The notes under the pieces were generated by a model. That model was not told the DNA's origin, ran no database searches, and saw only the letters and a list, made by a program, of their open reading frames with translations. A DNA stretch of 64,000 nucleotides, from the NCBI GenBank assembly GCA_016712025.1, contig JADJRW010000016.1, forward strand, positions 4,794 through 68,793, in the 5' to 3' direction. The position numbers were made by a program, and so were the translations under genes. Shown piece after piece: positions 29,872 through 39,677 of the stretch. The number at the start of each line of letters is the position of its first letter. The stretch's first letter is position 1. This stretch comes from Flavobacteriales bacterium. GTDB taxonomy: Bacteria; Bacteroidota; Bacteroidia; Flavobacteriales_F; PHOS-HE28.

Positions 29872-31411
29872 CTATCCGGCCCATCCCTCGCGGTCCAGGC
29901 TTCGGTACTGGATGGCTTCGGCGAGGTGTTCGGTGCGGATATCAGGGCTTCCCGCGAGATCCGCAATGGTCCGCGCCACCTTGAGGATCCGATCGTAGGC
30001 CCGTGCGCTCAGACCTAGTCGTTCCATCGCCTTCTCTAAAAGCGCCTTTCCCGTCGCATCGATCCGGCAGATCTCGCGCAATTGCCGACTACCTATTTGC
30101 GCATTGCAATGCAGCCCCTTGCCCTCATAACGCTTCTCCTGAACGCGACGCGCTCGAATGACGCGCTCGCGCATTGTGGAGCTATGCTCCGAAGTGCGCT
30201 CCGTGCTGAGCTCACTGAAAGGCACGGGTGTTACTTCGATGTGGATATCGATGCGGTCCAGCAGTGGTCCACTGATCTTGTTGAGGTACTTCTGCACGAC
30301 ACCCGGGGCGCAAACGCATTCCTTCTCCGGATGGTTATAGAAACCGCAAGGGCAAGGGTTCATCGCGGCTACGAGCATGAAGCTCGCAGGATACTCCACA
30401 GTGAATTTGGCCCGGCTGATCGTGACCATGCGGTCCTCCAACGGTTGGCGCAAAACTTCCAATACACTACGCTTGAACTCGGGCAGTTCGTCCAGAAAAA
30501 GCACTCCGTTGTGTGCGAGGCTGATCTCGCCGGGCTGCGGGTAAGAACCTCCACCGACGAGCGCTACATCGCTGATGGTATGATGCGGCGAGCGATAGGG
30601 ACGCACACTGAGCAGGCTATCCTCCTTGCGCAATTTGCCCGCCCACGCTGTGGATCTTCGTGGTCTCCAGCGCTTCTTCCAGATTAAGCGGAGGCAGGAT
30701 GGTGGGGAGCCGTTTGGCCAGCATGGTTTTGCCCGCACCCGGCGGGCCGATCATGATGATGTTGTGCCCTCCTGCCGCAGCGATCTCGAATGCGCGCTTG
30801 ATGTTCTCCTGCCCTTTCACATCCGAAATGTCCACCAAGTAGGAGCTGCTGCTCGCCGCGAACTCCGCTTCGATATCCACCTGCTCCGGGACTACGGTGG
30901 GGCAATCGTTCAGAATATCGATCACCTCGCGCAAATGCTGAACGCCATAGACCCTAAGCCCGTTCACGATCGCGGCCTCACGCGCGTTCTCGCGCGGCAG
31001 TATGATGCCTTTGAAGCCCAGGCGTTTGGCCTCGATCGCGATCGGGAGCGCACCCTTGATGGGCCGAACACCGCCATCCATGGACAGTTCCCCCATCACC
31101 AAATGGTCGGCGAAACGATCAATGGGGATCTGGCCGGTGCTCCCTAGTATACCCACCGCCATGGGCAAGTCGTAGGCACTGCCCTCCTTATGCACATCCG
31201 CAGGCGCGAGATTGATCACGGTCCGTTTGCCCCGCGGGAAGTAGAGTCCGCAGCTACGAATGGCATTGTCCATGCGGTGGTAGCTTTCCTTCACCGCGTT
31301 GTCCGGGAGGCCTACGAGAATGAACTTCACGCCCTTGGACACGTCCACTTCGGCCGTGACGCTGGTGGCGTTGATGCCGAACACGGCGCTCCCGAAGACC
31401 TTGACGAGCAT
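29872..31411 (-). CDS. comM: YifB/ComM family Mg-chelatase-like AAA+ ATPase (frame-disrupted near 30636-30648)
   Basis: N-terminal ORF 30617..31411 (Lon-like domain, Walker [18 protein letters not shown]). C-terminal ORF 29872..30738 ([30 protein letters not shown], zinc-ribbon-like [15 protein letters not shown]). They join at ...TTKIHSV / AGKLRKED. Confidence 0.85.
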
Positions 31412-31417
31412 GGGCGG

Positions 31418-31993
31418 CTACGCTAACTCCTGTTCGATGTGATCGATCAAAGCATGGATCACCTTGATGTGGACCTCTTGTATGCGGTCCGCGAAACCGC
31501 CATGGGGAACACGTATCTCCACGGTACATAGCGGGGCCAACGCGCCGCCTTCCTTGCCGGTAAGGCCGATCACATGCATCTGTTTGCTGCGCGCCACTTC
31601 CGCGGCGCGCAGCACGTTCGGGCTGTTGCCGCTGGTACTGATGGCAAGTAGAACATCGCCTTCCCGGCCGTGGGCCTCCACAAAACGGGAGAATACTTGG
31701 TCGAACCCATGGTCGTTACCCACGCAGGTGATGTGGCTGGGATCGCTGATGGAGATGGCGGCGATCGGTGCGCGATCATCGCGGAAGCGCCCCGTGAGCT
31801 CCTCAGCGAAATGCATGGCATCACACATACTTCCGCCGTTCCCACAACTGATCACCTTGGCGCCCTGCTTCAAACAATAACTGATGAAGGCCGCTGCCCG
31901 CTCGACGTTGGCGATGTTCTCCGGGTCGGCGACGAACCGTTGAAGAACGTCGGCAGCTTCTGTGAAATGGGTTCGGATGCGATCAGTGCTCAT
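31418..31993 (-). CDS. gmhA: D-sedoheptulose-7-phosphate isomerase (SIS domain) GmhA
   Basis: 191 aa. [30 protein letters not shown], and a [10 protein letters not shown]-type C-terminus. Confidence 0.85.
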   Translation of the reverse strand: MSTDRIRTHFTEAADVLQRFVADPENIANVERAAAFISYCLKQGAKVISCGNGGSMCDAMHFAEELTGRFRDDRAPIAAISISDPSHITCVGNDHGFDQVFSRFVEAHGREGDVLLAISTSGNSPNVLRAAEVARSKQMHVIGLTGKEGGALAPLCTVEIRVPHGGFADRIQEVHIKVIHALIDHIEQELA

Positions 31994-32099
31994 TCCCCCA
32001 AAGATGCATCACACAGCCTGAAAGCCCGGCCGATCTTGCAAAAGGAAAGACGATTCAGCCAGTGCGCCGAGCGTTCCAGCAGGAAGGGATCCGCCTTGT

Positions 32100-34595
32100 T
32101 CAGCGGCTGGCCTGCTGTTCAAGCACTTGCATGCCCTCCAGTCCCCTCACCAAAAAAGCCTGGTAATCGACGGCATCCGGAGTATAGGCGATGGGGTCGG
32201 TAAGCAGTTCACCGTTCGGGCTGAGCAACGCATAGAACGGTTGTGAGCTGATCACGAAGGTCTCCGCCTGCATCGTACTCCACTTATTGCCTTTCGTGAT
32301 GATCTGCTTTCTCTTGCCCGAGCTGGTGGTGTAGACATGTTGTTGTTCCTTGGGCAGTTCTTCCTTGTCGTCCACATAGAGGGAGACCAGCACGTATTTG
32401 TCCTTGATCAGCTCATACACCCCGGCTTCGGGCCATACGTGCTCCTCCATCTTTCGGCAGTTCACGCAGGCATACCCGGTGAAATCCAAGAGCAGTGGTT
32501 TGTTCTCCGCCTTGGCCCGCGCCATGGCCGCGTCCAGGTCGTGGAAGCAGTCCAGGTTCTGCGGGCAATGCTTCGGAAAGATCCAGCTATAGCCCACGGG
32601 TGGAGCCAGGCCGCTCATCAGCTTGAGCGTATGGAACGTTCTCGTGTCGTCATTGTATCGGGAGCCCATGACCAGATACCCGGTGGCCAAAGCGAAGATC
32701 GCCGTGAAAGCCCAACGCACGCCGGAGAGTTTGTTCACCGGACTGTCATGCGGGAAACGGATCCGACCAAGCAGGTAGAGGACGATACCCAATGCACAAA
32801 GCACCCAAACCGCCATGAAAAGTTCGTAGGGCACGATGCCCCAATGCTTCACTAGATCGGCATTGCTCAGGAACTTGAAGGCAAGGGCGACCTCTGCGAA
32901 ACCGAGCACGACCTTCACGCTGTTGAGCCAACTACCACTGCGGGGCAGGCTGTTGAGCCATTGCGGGAACAGTGCGAAAAGTGCGAAGGGCAGCGCGAGC
33001 GCCATACCGAACCCGCTCATGCCAGCGGTTAGCTGCCAGGCCCCACCATCGGCAGTGAGTGCCCCGGCCAGCAGAGAACCCAGGATCGGCCCGGTGCAAC
33101 TGAAGGAGACCAACGCCAGTGTCAAAGCCATAAAGAAGATGCCGATCAACCCGCCGAACTTGGACGCGTTCTGGTCCATCTTGTTCACCCAACTGCTGGG
33201 CAGGGTGATCTCGAAGTATCCGAAGAACGAGACCGCGAACACCAGGAAGATGACGAAGAAGAAGATGTTCAGCCAGGGGTTGGTGCTGATCTCGTTGAAG
33301 ATCTCCGGGTTCACCGAACCCAATAAATGGAACGGCAGGCTGAAGAGCAGGTAAATGAGCAGAATGAACCCGCCATATGTAAGCGCGTTCTTCAGACCCT
33401 TCGCCTTGTCCTCACTGCCCTTGGTGAAGAAGCTCACGGTAAGCGGGATCATGGGGAACACACATGGTGTGAGCAGCGCGAGCAGACCACCGATGAAGCC
33501 CAAGAAGAAGATCTGCCATAGTGAAGTCGTACCTCGCAGCTCGGAGACCTCGCCTGCACCTGCCTTCACCACGGGCGCAGACAGGTCGACGTTCGGGAGC
33601 TTGTAGTTGATGCCTTCAGCGTCGGCCAGGCTGTCGCTCACGGGCGAGCCTCCCAGCACTACCGCACCGGTCGCCGGTACGAAAGAGAAGCGAACAGGAT
33701 CGGGGAATATGCAAGCCTCGTCATTACAGCTCATGTAATTGATCGATCCAGTGACCGCTAAAAGCGGATCGTTGACACTTACTGTCCGTTCGAACGTGAC
33801 CACATGCTTGTACTTCCTCACGATCACGCCGAACATGTCGTCCATGCCCTCCACCTTATCGGCACCCGCCTCGGAACCTGCACCCTGTGCGATGAAGTGG
33901 GCCAGGGTATCGAAACCTATGCTGGTGGGAATAGGCCCCTCCTCCCCGAACACCTCCTGCGAATACACATACCAGCCCTCTTGAACGGTCGCGGTGAACG
34001 CGAGCGACCAACTACCCGCGCCCAGGTCCTTGGCAGCTATGGTCCAAGCTACCGGTCCAGCGTGCGCAGCCTCTTGCGCATCGGCCATGGTGAAGGGGAG
34101 ACTGTTGAGTTCCGCCCGATCCTGCGAAGGTGTGATCCTGAAATAGACCAACTCCGGAGGCATGCAGCTTTGATCATTGCAGGTCACATACTCCAACGAG
34201 CCGGTAATGGGCAATTTGGGGTCCGAGATCCTAACGCGTTGGGTGAAGAGCACATGGCCTTTGAACTTCTTGACCTCCAGATCGAACAGTGGGTCATGGC
34301 CCTGCAACACTTTGGCACCATCCTCGGAGGGAGTTCCTACCAATGCGACGTGCGGCAGTTTGTCGAAGCCGATGCGTGTGGGCAGCGGGCGCATGTCCCC
34401 GAAGTTCTGCTGGGAATAGATGTACCAGCCGTCTTGGATATCACCCCGGAACAGCAGGTCCCAACTCCCCTTCTCCACCTCCACCATGGAAATGCTCCAT
34501 TTCACCGGTTCCGGTTCAGCGACCGCACCCGGCAGTTGCGCCAGGGCCGATAGCTGGAACAACAGGAGTGACAGGGAACTCAGAATACGGCGCAT
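32100..34595 (-). CDS. dsbD: Protein-disulfide reductase DsbD family with two tandem N-terminal alpha-type domains
   Basis: 831 aa. Two repeats end YVTCNDQSCMPP and YMSCNDEACIFP. Membrane core has LTPCVFPMIPLT and SFSCTGPILGS. C-terminal thioredoxin fold has YACVNCRKME. Confidence 0.9.
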   Translation of the reverse strand: MRRILSSLSLLLFQLSALAQLPGAVAEPEPVKWSISMVEVEKGSWDLLFRGDIQDGWYIYSQQNFGDMRPLPTRIGFDKLPHVALVGTPSEDGAKVLQGHDPLFDLEVKKFKGHVLFTQRVRISDPKLPITGSLEYVTCNDQSCMPPELVYFRITPSQDRAELNSLPFTMADAQEAAHAGPVAWTIAAKDLGAGSWSLAFTATVQEGWYVYSQEVFGEEGPIPTSIGFDTLAHFIAQGAGSEAGADKVEGMDDMFGVIVRKYKHVVTFERTVSVNDPLLAVTGSINYMSCNDEACIFPDPVRFSFVPATGAVVLGGSPVSDSLADAEGINYKLPNVDLSAPVVKAGAGEVSELRGTTSLWQIFFLGFIGGLLALLTPCVFPMIPLTVSFFTKGSEDKAKGLKNALTYGGFILLIYLLFSLPFHLLGSVNPEIFNEISTNPWLNIFFFVIFLVFAVSFFGYFEITLPSSWVNKMDQNASKFGGLIGIFFMALTLALVSFSCTGPILGSLLAGALTADGGAWQLTAGMSGFGMALALPFALFALFPQWLNSLPRSGSWLNSVKVVLGFAEVALAFKFLSNADLVKHWGIVPYELFMAVWVLCALGIVLYLLGRIRFPHDSPVNKLSGVRWAFTAIFALATGYLVMGSRYNDDTRTFHTLKLMSGLAPPVGYSWIFPKHCPQNLDCFHDLDAAMARAKAENKPLLLDFTGYACVNCRKMEEHVWPEAGVYELIKDKYVLVSLYVDDKEELPKEQQHVYTTSSGKRKQIITKGNKWSTMQAETFVISSQPFYALLSPNGELLTDPIAYTPDAVDYQAFLVRGLEGMQVLEQQASR

Positions 34596-34599
34596 ACGC

Positions 34600-35079
34600 T
34601 CACTTCGATGAGGCGGGAATATTCAACTTGAAGGGCACCGCCACAGGCGGAAGACAGGTCTTGTCATTGCACATCATGTACTCTACCTCACCATGCAGGT
34701 CGAATGCCTCCACCGTGCGTCGCACAATGGTCACACCGAACCGTGGAGCCCCGGAATGATGCCTTACCAGCATGCCGAAATTGGGGTCCATCTCTTCCAC
34801 GGGCTGGGGTTCTTGCACGGCACCTCGCACGTCATGGTCCATTCCGGGGGCAATGCGCACAACCGTAGGCAAGGGTCCATCATCACGCGGCAGTTCGAGG
34901 GCATAGATATGCCAGCCAGGCTCGATACGCGCATCCAAATGCACCTCCACCAGATCTCCGTCTGAAGTGGAGGCAGAGAACGACCACTGGATAGGCAGGG
35001 TGGCGGGAGAGTCCACCGGCAATATCGAGCTGAGCAGCAAGGTGGTCAAGAGGATGGTCATAGGAAGTGGCAGGTGCAA
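34600..35079 (-). CDS. Stand-alone DsbD alpha-type (N-terminal) domain protein
   Basis: 159 aa with a signal peptide. GWHIYALELP...EYMMCNDKTCLPP parallels the two DsbD N-terminal repeats. Ends 4 nt upstream of the dsbD start. Confidence 0.75.
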   Translation of the reverse strand: MHLPLPMTILLTTLLLSSILPVDSPATLPIQWSFSASTSDGDLVEVHLDARIEPGWHIYALELPRDDGPLPTVVRIAPGMDHDVRGAVQEPQPVEEMDPNFGMLVRHHSGAPRFGVTIVRRTVEAFDLHGEVEYMMCNDKTCLPPVAVPFKLNIPASSK

Positions 35080-35440
35080 AAATATCCGTCGTCAAGGGCC
35101 CATCACCAAGGCAACTTGCCCAATGCTTGCGATCCCAGAGTGAATGATAGAGCGGCATCTCCACATCGATCACCCGCAACATAGGGATCTCATGACCGTA
35201 CTTGAGCACAATGGCCTTTTCATCGACGGACCAGATGGTCGTTTCCACCGCCTTCAGACCTTCGTTGTCGCGGAACAGGATACGGCATTTGCCATGTTCC
35301 CAATTGCCCAAGTGAAGGGCGCGATCCACTTTGCGGAGCAGCTGCGCGCGGTGTTCCACGGAAAGCTGAACTGGTTCGGACGGGAAGGTTAGGGTACCCA
35401 CATTCTCTTTCGCGACAACGATGGCAGCGGTCGGTATCAT
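34883..35440 (-). CDS. Conserved-looking hypothetical protein (3-prime end uncertain)
   Basis: From MIPTAAIVVAKENVGTLTFPSEPVQLSVEHRAQLLRKVDRALHLGNWEHGKCRILFRDNEGLKAVETTIWSVDEKAIVLKYGHEIPMLRVIDVEMP. Beyond about residue 100 the sequence looks non-coding-like and overlaps the next gene. Confidence 0.45.
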   Translation of the reverse strand: MIPTAAIVVAKENVGTLTFPSEPVQLSVEHRAQLLRKVDRALHLGNWEHGKCRILFRDNEGLKAVETTIWSVDEKAIVLKYGHEIPMLRVIDVEMPLYHSLWDRKHWASCLGDGPLTTDIFAPATSYDHPLDHLAAQLDIAGGLSRHPAYPVVVLCLHFRRRSGGGAFGCAYRAWLAYLCPRTAA

Positions 35441-35451
35441 TGGGATCGTTC

Positions 35452-36795
35452 CTAGGATGCGGAAGATAGCATATCCTCCGATGAGGAAGTAAGCACGTCG
35501 CCTCTCACCACAGCCATTTGGCCAGAGGGTGCGACAAAACCCTGCGCTGCGCGATGGCCGACCACCCACACGATGGTCCCCTTCGAACAGAGCACATAGG
35601 TTCGCTCCTTCAGGTGGCGTGGCACCTTGGCATCGATCAGCAGGTCGCTGACGGAGCGGCTACCTGACATCCCATGGGGTCGGAAACGATCACCGTGTTG
35701 CCAAGGTCTCAAGAGCAAGGGATAATCGAGCCGCTCGGGCGCGAGGCGAACGCTGCCTTGTCGAAGATGCACATCATCCAGATCAGAGGAGCAGCGGGTA
35801 AAACGCACCGGCGCATCAGCAGGAAGTGCCAGGTCCGGACCGATCTTGTAGCTGGGAATGACCTCTGGCCGCACAGCCATGATCAGGATAGCCTCGCGCT
35901 CCACGAGTAGACGATGGTGAGCCGCAAGGAACTCGGCCCCGGTATGTCGTTCCAAGGCTGCGCGCAATAGGTCCTCCAGTTGCTCCGGATGGAACCCCAG
36001 ATGCCGTAGGCGATGGTGCAACAGAAGGCGGGGTGCGCTAGAACTGGCCAATACACTGAATGGGATCCGATCCTCCGGTAAGGCATCTAAAAGCGGCGCC
36101 GACCGAGCGGTCCATTCCTGGACCAGGTCTCCGAATAGATCCAACGAGCGGGCCATCGTGCGGCGCGCGCCCGGACGGATGCGCTCCATCAGCGGCAGCA
36201 ACTCATGGCGCACGCGGTTCCGCAGGTAGGACGGATCACTGTTGCTGCTATCATCCCTAAAAGGGACGCGATGGGTGGAAGCGTACTCCAGGATCTCGTC
36301 CCGGCTAACGGTCAATAGCGGACGCATCACTTTTCCAGAGCGGCGTGGGATACCCGCCCAACCCGAAATGCCAGTACCCCGAAGCAGGTGCAGGAGCAGG
36401 GTTTCCACAGCATCATCGCGGTGATGGGCCATGGCGATGGAATTCAGCCCGGTCAGGGTAGCTGTCTGGTTAAGCCATTCATAGCGCAGGTCCCTAGCCA
36501 CCATTTCCACCGATCGGCCGGACCCGACCCGGTGCTCCAAAACCGGGAGGGCACAGCTTACGAAAGGAATGTTCCAATGGCGGCAATAAGCACTCACATG
36601 GTCGCGGTCCACAACGCTCTCCGTGCCGCGCAATCCATGGTCCGCGTGAGCGGCTGTTACAGGATAGCCCTCGGCCCGGAGCGCATGGAGCAAAACCATG
36701 CTGTCAACTCCTCCACTAACCGCCACCAGCACTGCCTGGCCTGGTTCCAACAACCTGTGCGAACGTAGCGCACGACGAAGTTCAGGCACCAACAT
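35452..36795 (-). CDS. tilS: tRNA(Ile)-lysidine synthetase TilS
   Basis: From MLVPELRRAL. PP-loop VLVAVSGGVDSMVLLHAL. The ATG overlaps the pabB 3-prime end by 14 nt. Confidence 0.9.
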   Translation of the reverse strand: MLVPELRRALRSHRLLEPGQAVLVAVSGGVDSMVLLHALRAEGYPVTAAHADHGLRGTESVVDRDHVSAYCRHWNIPFVSCALPVLEHRVGSGRSVEMVARDLRYEWLNQTATLTGLNSIAMAHHRDDAVETLLLHLLRGTGISGWAGIPRRSGKVMRPLLTVSRDEILEYASTHRVPFRDDSSNSDPSYLRNRVRHELLPLMERIRPGARRTMARSLDLFGDLVQEWTARSAPLLDALPEDRIPFSVLASSSAPRLLLHHRLRHLGFHPEQLEDLLRAALERHTGAEFLAAHHRLLVEREAILIMAVRPEVIPSYKIGPDLALPADAPVRFTRCSSDLDDVHLRQGSVRLAPERLDYPLLLRPWQHGDRFRPHGMSGSRSVSDLLIDAKVPRHLKERTYVLCSKGTIVWVVGHRAAQGFVAPSGQMAVVRGDVLTSSSEDMLSSAS

Positions 36796-38050
36796 GACCA
36801 ATGGCTTCGAGCACTGAGCGGGCTTTGAGCGCGCATTCCTCCCATTCCAAGGCGGGGTCGCACGCGGCGGTGAGAGCGCTACCGCACAGTAAGCGGGTTG
36901 ATCCCGTAACGGCATCGTGCTCGATGGTGCGGATCACCACGTTCAAGTCACCGGTACCCTCCGGGCCGAACCAACCGAGGCTTCCGCTGAAAAGTCCCCG
37001 GCCCTGTTCCTCGTGCTCATCGATCAACTCCATGGCACGCACCTTCGGGGCACCGGTCATGCTGGCCATTGGGAAGGCAGCTTGGACCGCATCCAATGGT
37101 TGGCAGTCGTGACGCAGGGTAGCAGATACAGTGGATACCATTTGATGGACTTGGCGGTGACTTCGAACGGTACAAAGTTCTTCCACCCGCACACTTCCAG
37201 AGGCTCCGATGCGGCTCAGGTCGTTGCGTACCACATCCGTGGCCATGATATTCTCCGATCGCTCCTTGGGGTCCGAGGCCAATTGTCCGGCGTCTGTGCT
37301 GTCCAGAGCGGCATCGCTCCGTCTTGATCGCGTGCCCTTCATTGGTTCCGACCATACTTGACCTTGGGAGAACCGCAGAAATCGTTCAGGGCTTGCGCAC
37401 AGGGCGAATTGATCGTCCCACCGGTAGAAGGAAGCTGAAGGCGCGTCCGTATTACGTAACAGCATGTCAGCCGCAACGAACGGATCCCATCCAGGGAGCT
37501 CGGCTACCCGTTGGATGCAGTAGTTCACCTCGTAGATATCGCCGCGACGCAAGTGTTCCATCAAGGTCTTGGCGTGCTGCAAGTAGTCCCTCCGCTCAGT
37601 GGTGCAGCGCCATGGCACGGTGGCTCTAACCGACCGTTCTGGCTGGCGCTCCGAAACCAACGCGTGGAACACTTCGAGCGCGAAACCCTCGCTACCCGCA
37701 GCGCAATGCAAGGTCCACTGTTCACGGACCCTTTCGGCGAGGACCATTGGCGTGAACCAGCGCACGAGAGGCCGATGGAAAGGATCCTCATACCGCGTGG
37801 TCAGAGGCTCGAGCCCATCCTTGAGCCCATAGGCCACATGACCCATGGAATGACCTGGCTCTTGCTCCAGAAAATCCCTCCAGCGCGCCATCGCGACCTC
37901 GGGCCGGTACTCCTCCATAACGGCTTTGCCCCCTACCCCGATCAATTCGCGATCCTGATCGGCCATGCGGTAATGCAGGAACCTCCGAAAGGGGCGGAAG
38001 GAGCGTGGGTCGAACGGCCCGGAAGCTGGGAAGGTTTTGAACAAGAGCAT
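36782..38050 (-). CDS. pabB: Aminodeoxychorismate synthase component I (chorismate-binding enzyme family)
   Basis: SPERFL, MKGTRSR, DPKERSENIMATDVVRNDL, MASMTGAPKVRAMELIDEHEEQGRGLFSGSLGWF. Start chosen at MLLFKTF. The ORF extension to 38233 looks non-coding. Confidence 0.8.
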   Translation of the reverse strand: MLLFKTFPASGPFDPRSFRPFRRFLHYRMADQDRELIGVGGKAVMEEYRPEVAMARWRDFLEQEPGHSMGHVAYGLKDGLEPLTTRYEDPFHRPLVRWFTPMVLAERVREQWTLHCAAGSEGFALEVFHALVSERQPERSVRATVPWRCTTERRDYLQHAKTLMEHLRRGDIYEVNYCIQRVAELPGWDPFVAADMLLRNTDAPSASFYRWDDQFALCASPERFLRFSQGQVWSEPMKGTRSRRSDAALDSTDAGQLASDPKERSENIMATDVVRNDLSRIGASGSVRVEELCTVRSHRQVHQMVSTVSATLRHDCQPLDAVQAAFPMASMTGAPKVRAMELIDEHEEQGRGLFSGSLGWFGPEGTGDLNVVIRTIEHDAVTGSTRLLCGSALTAACDPALEWEECALKARSVLEAIGHVGA

Positions 38051-38281
38051 GCCAAGGACCACGAAGTTATCCGCAGGCAAGCAACCCTCCGGGAATGATC
38101 GCGTCAACCCACTGATGCTCAATGGACCAGGATGACTCCAAAAATCGACCAAAAATACCCAGAGCGCAAGCTGGGCGGGCATTACAAAGCATCCGACACC
38201 CTCAGGAAACCCATCTTCACGAAACCTTTTCAACCCACTGGGTTGTTATCCAGACCTGAACCCTTTAGTTTTGAGGTTGCC

Positions 38282-39592
38282 ATGATGAAAACGCTACTCG
38301 CCCTCCCCCTCGCGTTCGTCGCTTCCGCCATGTTCGGTCAAGCACGGTTGGTCATCAATGATGACGCCTATCTGGTCTTCGATCCGAGCACACCCGCAGG
38401 TCAAGAAACTTGGCTGGTGATAGACAATCCGAACGCCAACGCGCTCACGGTGGCGGGCACCGGTGGCAACATCCGTTCCGAGCGTGAAGAGAATATGATC
38501 CGTTGGGCCATTGGGGCCTCTACGGGGTCTTACGTCATCCCATACAACAGCCCGAACAACGTGGACATGGAGTTGACCTACGTGAAAGCTTCAGCGGGTG
38601 CTGGAGCAGGATCCATGGTCTTCTCGACATACAACCACAAAGGCATCGCCCCAATATGGGACAACACGGGCTACATGCCTTCGGACGTGAACCACATGAA
38701 CGACGACCTCACCGGTGCCGTTAACAATTCGGATTGGGTGGTGGATCGTTTCTGGATCGTCGATCCCACCGCTCCGGGTTTCAACTATACCACAAAGCCC
38801 GATGCCAGCATGGTCATTCGGTATGATGCTGCGGACGTGACGGTGCAGTCGATCAATGGCACAAGCCAGTTGAACGCCCAGCGCTACAACAGTGGCCTGG
38901 ACAAATGGGGCGACTTCAAACCCTCGAGCGCATGGGCGAATTTGGGCGGAGCACGTCGCTCGGTGACAGTGCCGAATGGTGCCGGTGTGATCCCTGGAGC
39001 CCAGTTCTTCCGCTCTTGGACCTTGTCGGAGATCAACAATCCACTTCCCATCGAACTCACCGACTTCCGGGCGCAATGTCAGGGGGATCGGGTGGAGTTG
39101 ACTTGGGCCACTGCGACAGAAGCGGGGAACGACTTTTTCTCCGTGGAAAAGAGCGGGAACAACGTGGACTGGACCGTTATCGGCGAAGTTGACGGTGCGG
39201 GCAGCAGCCAGAGCACCACGGTGTACACGTTCACGGACCCACAGGCAACCGGCTTGGCGTACTACCGTTTGGTGCAATCGGACTTCGATCGTAGCACGAC
39301 CACCAGCGATGTGATCGCAGCAGGTTGCGGGGTGACAGGTGGGATAGAGATCGTGAGCGCTTGGGATGCCGGTGAGGTCCTAACCATTGTGGTTAGCAGC
39401 AGCGATGAAGCGATCTACGATGTGACACTCATGGACGCACAGGGTAAGATCATGGCTACAAGCCCGCGCGAGGCTATTGCCAACGGGATCACCCAGTTGA
39501 CCATTCCGACCAATTCGATCGCGACCGGCATCTATATGCTCCAACTCCAGAACGAGACCAACGCAATGGCACGTCGTGTTCTGCTCCAGTGA
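38282..39592 (+). CDS. Secreted protein of unknown function with a T9SS C-terminal sorting domain
   Basis: Signal peptide MMKTLLALPLAFVASAMFGQA. Internal IELTDFRAQCQGDRVELTWATATEAGNDFFSVEKSGNNVDWTVIG...YYRLVQSDFD domain. C-terminal ...TGIYMLQLQNETNAMARRVLLQ. Confidence 0.7.
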   Translation: MMKTLLALPLAFVASAMFGQARLVINDDAYLVFDPSTPAGQETWLVIDNPNANALTVAGTGGNIRSEREENMIRWAIGASTGSYVIPYNSPNNVDMELTYVKASAGAGAGSMVFSTYNHKGIAPIWDNTGYMPSDVNHMNDDLTGAVNNSDWVVDRFWIVDPTAPGFNYTTKPDASMVIRYDAADVTVQSINGTSQLNAQRYNSGLDKWGDFKPSSAWANLGGARRSVTVPNGAGVIPGAQFFRSWTLSEINNPLPIELTDFRAQCQGDRVELTWATATEAGNDFFSVEKSGNNVDWTVIGEVDGAGSSQSTTVYTFTDPQATGLAYYRLVQSDFDRSTTTSDVIAAGCGVTGGIEIVSAWDAGEVLTIVVSSSDEAIYDVTLMDAQGKIMATSPREAIANGITQLTIPTNSIATGIYMLQLQNETNAMARRVLLQ

Positions 39593-39613
39593 CCTTAGTG
39601 ACCTAGACCTGTT

Positions 39614-39645
39614 GAAGAGGCACCGATCGGTGCCTCTTCTTTTTT
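39614..39645 (+). terminator. Rho-independent terminator
   Basis: 11-bp stem GAAGAGGCACC-gatc-GGTGCCTCTTC followed by TTTTTT. Confidence 0.7.
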
Positions 39646-39677
39646 ACTCCGGTCCCGCAAGCCGCGATGGCACGCGA

